From NCBI GenBank assembly GCA_043747615.1, contig JAYTOU010000055.1:1-57332 (forward strand): DNA of 57,332 nucleotides, in the 5' to 3' direction. This stretch comes from Myxococcales bacterium (GTDB taxonomy: Bacteria; Myxococcota_A; Polyangia; Polyangiales; Polyangiaceae). Of the stretch, positions 56,853-57,332 are shown piece after piece. The notes beneath the pieces are model-generated. The model had not been told where the DNA came from. It made no database searches and worked only from the letters and a program-made list of their open reading frames with translations. Position 1 is the first letter of the stretch. Every line of letters begins with the position of its first letter. Made by a program: the position numbers and the translations under genes.

Positions 56853-56946
56853 GGTGCGGCCCTCCCCGCCGAGCACTCAGGCGGACGAGAGCAAGGGTTG
56901 CGATACGCATGCCAGCGCGAAAACGGCAGCGCTCTAAAACGACACG

Positions 56947-57332
56947 CTAACGAGACGTGCGAGTTGATCCGACGAAGTAACGTCGAACGGCGCGCGGCGC
57001 TTCGAGCGAGCCTTCGATCTCGAGGAAGGGACGACCGGGCGCGCGGCCCTGAAAGGAGAAGCTCCCCGTGTTCGCATACGAGCCCGTCAGTGCCTCGGCG
57101 TGCGTGTGCCCAAAGACGACGAGCTTCGCGCTTGCTGCGTCGGCGACGTGTGCGGCGCTGCGTTCGAGACGCTCGAGCACATTGCCTCCGTAGCGGTTGT
57201 GCCCGCGCGCCCAGCTTGCCGCCAAGCCGACCGCCCCGAGGGTAAAAGAAGCGCTAGCGAGGCTGTTTTTCCCGGCGACGAGCGCACCTGCGCCGGTGAG
57301 GAGCGCCACCGAGGAGGCGACGCGATCGAGAT
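56947..57332 (-). CDS. Metallophosphoesterase, C-terminal part (5' end lies outside the window)
   Basis: VVFGHTH...YANTGS motif; the frame is open to the window edge. Confidence 0.7.
   Translation of the reverse strand, partial: LDRVASSVALLTGAGALVAGKNSLASASFTLGAVGLAASWARGHNRYGGNVLERLERSAAHVADAASAKLVVFGHTHAEALTGSYANTGSFSFQGRAPGRPFLEIEGSLEAPRAVRRYFVGSTRTSR

Noticed and set aside
1..57332. tRNA, rRNA, IS elements, prophage or integrase
   Set aside because: No cloverleaf, rRNA-like tract, transposase/integrase motif or terminal inverted repeats were seen by eye. A covariance-model scan was not run.

Overview
A GC-rich, densely coding chromosomal segment. It most likely comes from a myxobacterium of the Polyangiaceae/Labilithrix type; this is inferred from the eukaryote-like Ser/Thr kinases, the GYF_2, GltF-like and AgmX-like gliding-type modules, and many Cys-rich lipoproteins. 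Recognisable housekeeping genes are glyQ, dsbD, comF, priA, mfd, recA, sixA, bolA and a grxD fusion. These are interleaved with about 15 uncharacterised lipoproteins, two Pkn kinases, an orphan DNA methyltransferase, a lytic transglycosylase, an MMPL exporter, tandem YncE/phosphoesterase paralogs, a rifampin-phosphotransferase-like enzyme, an ABC-2 exporter and a single-HKD PLD protein. I saw no rRNA, tRNA, CRISPR array, transposase or prophage. Five signals stand out. (1) A 14-bp LexA-box-like motif is shared by the recA promoter and the promoter of a SprT-like Zn protease. (2) Divergent from recA lie an unannotated 43-aa ORF ending in YDNMPCTD and a 111-aa mini-sigma made only of region 1.1-like and region 3-like segments. 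(3) A Ser/Thr kinase and its translationally coupled lipoprotein end in the same 4-Cys module. (4) An orphan T3SS-needle-like gene pair sits behind a sigma28-like promoter. (5) A DJ-1/PfpI pseudogene is present that the ORF track missed. All family calls are from motif recognition only; no searches were run.
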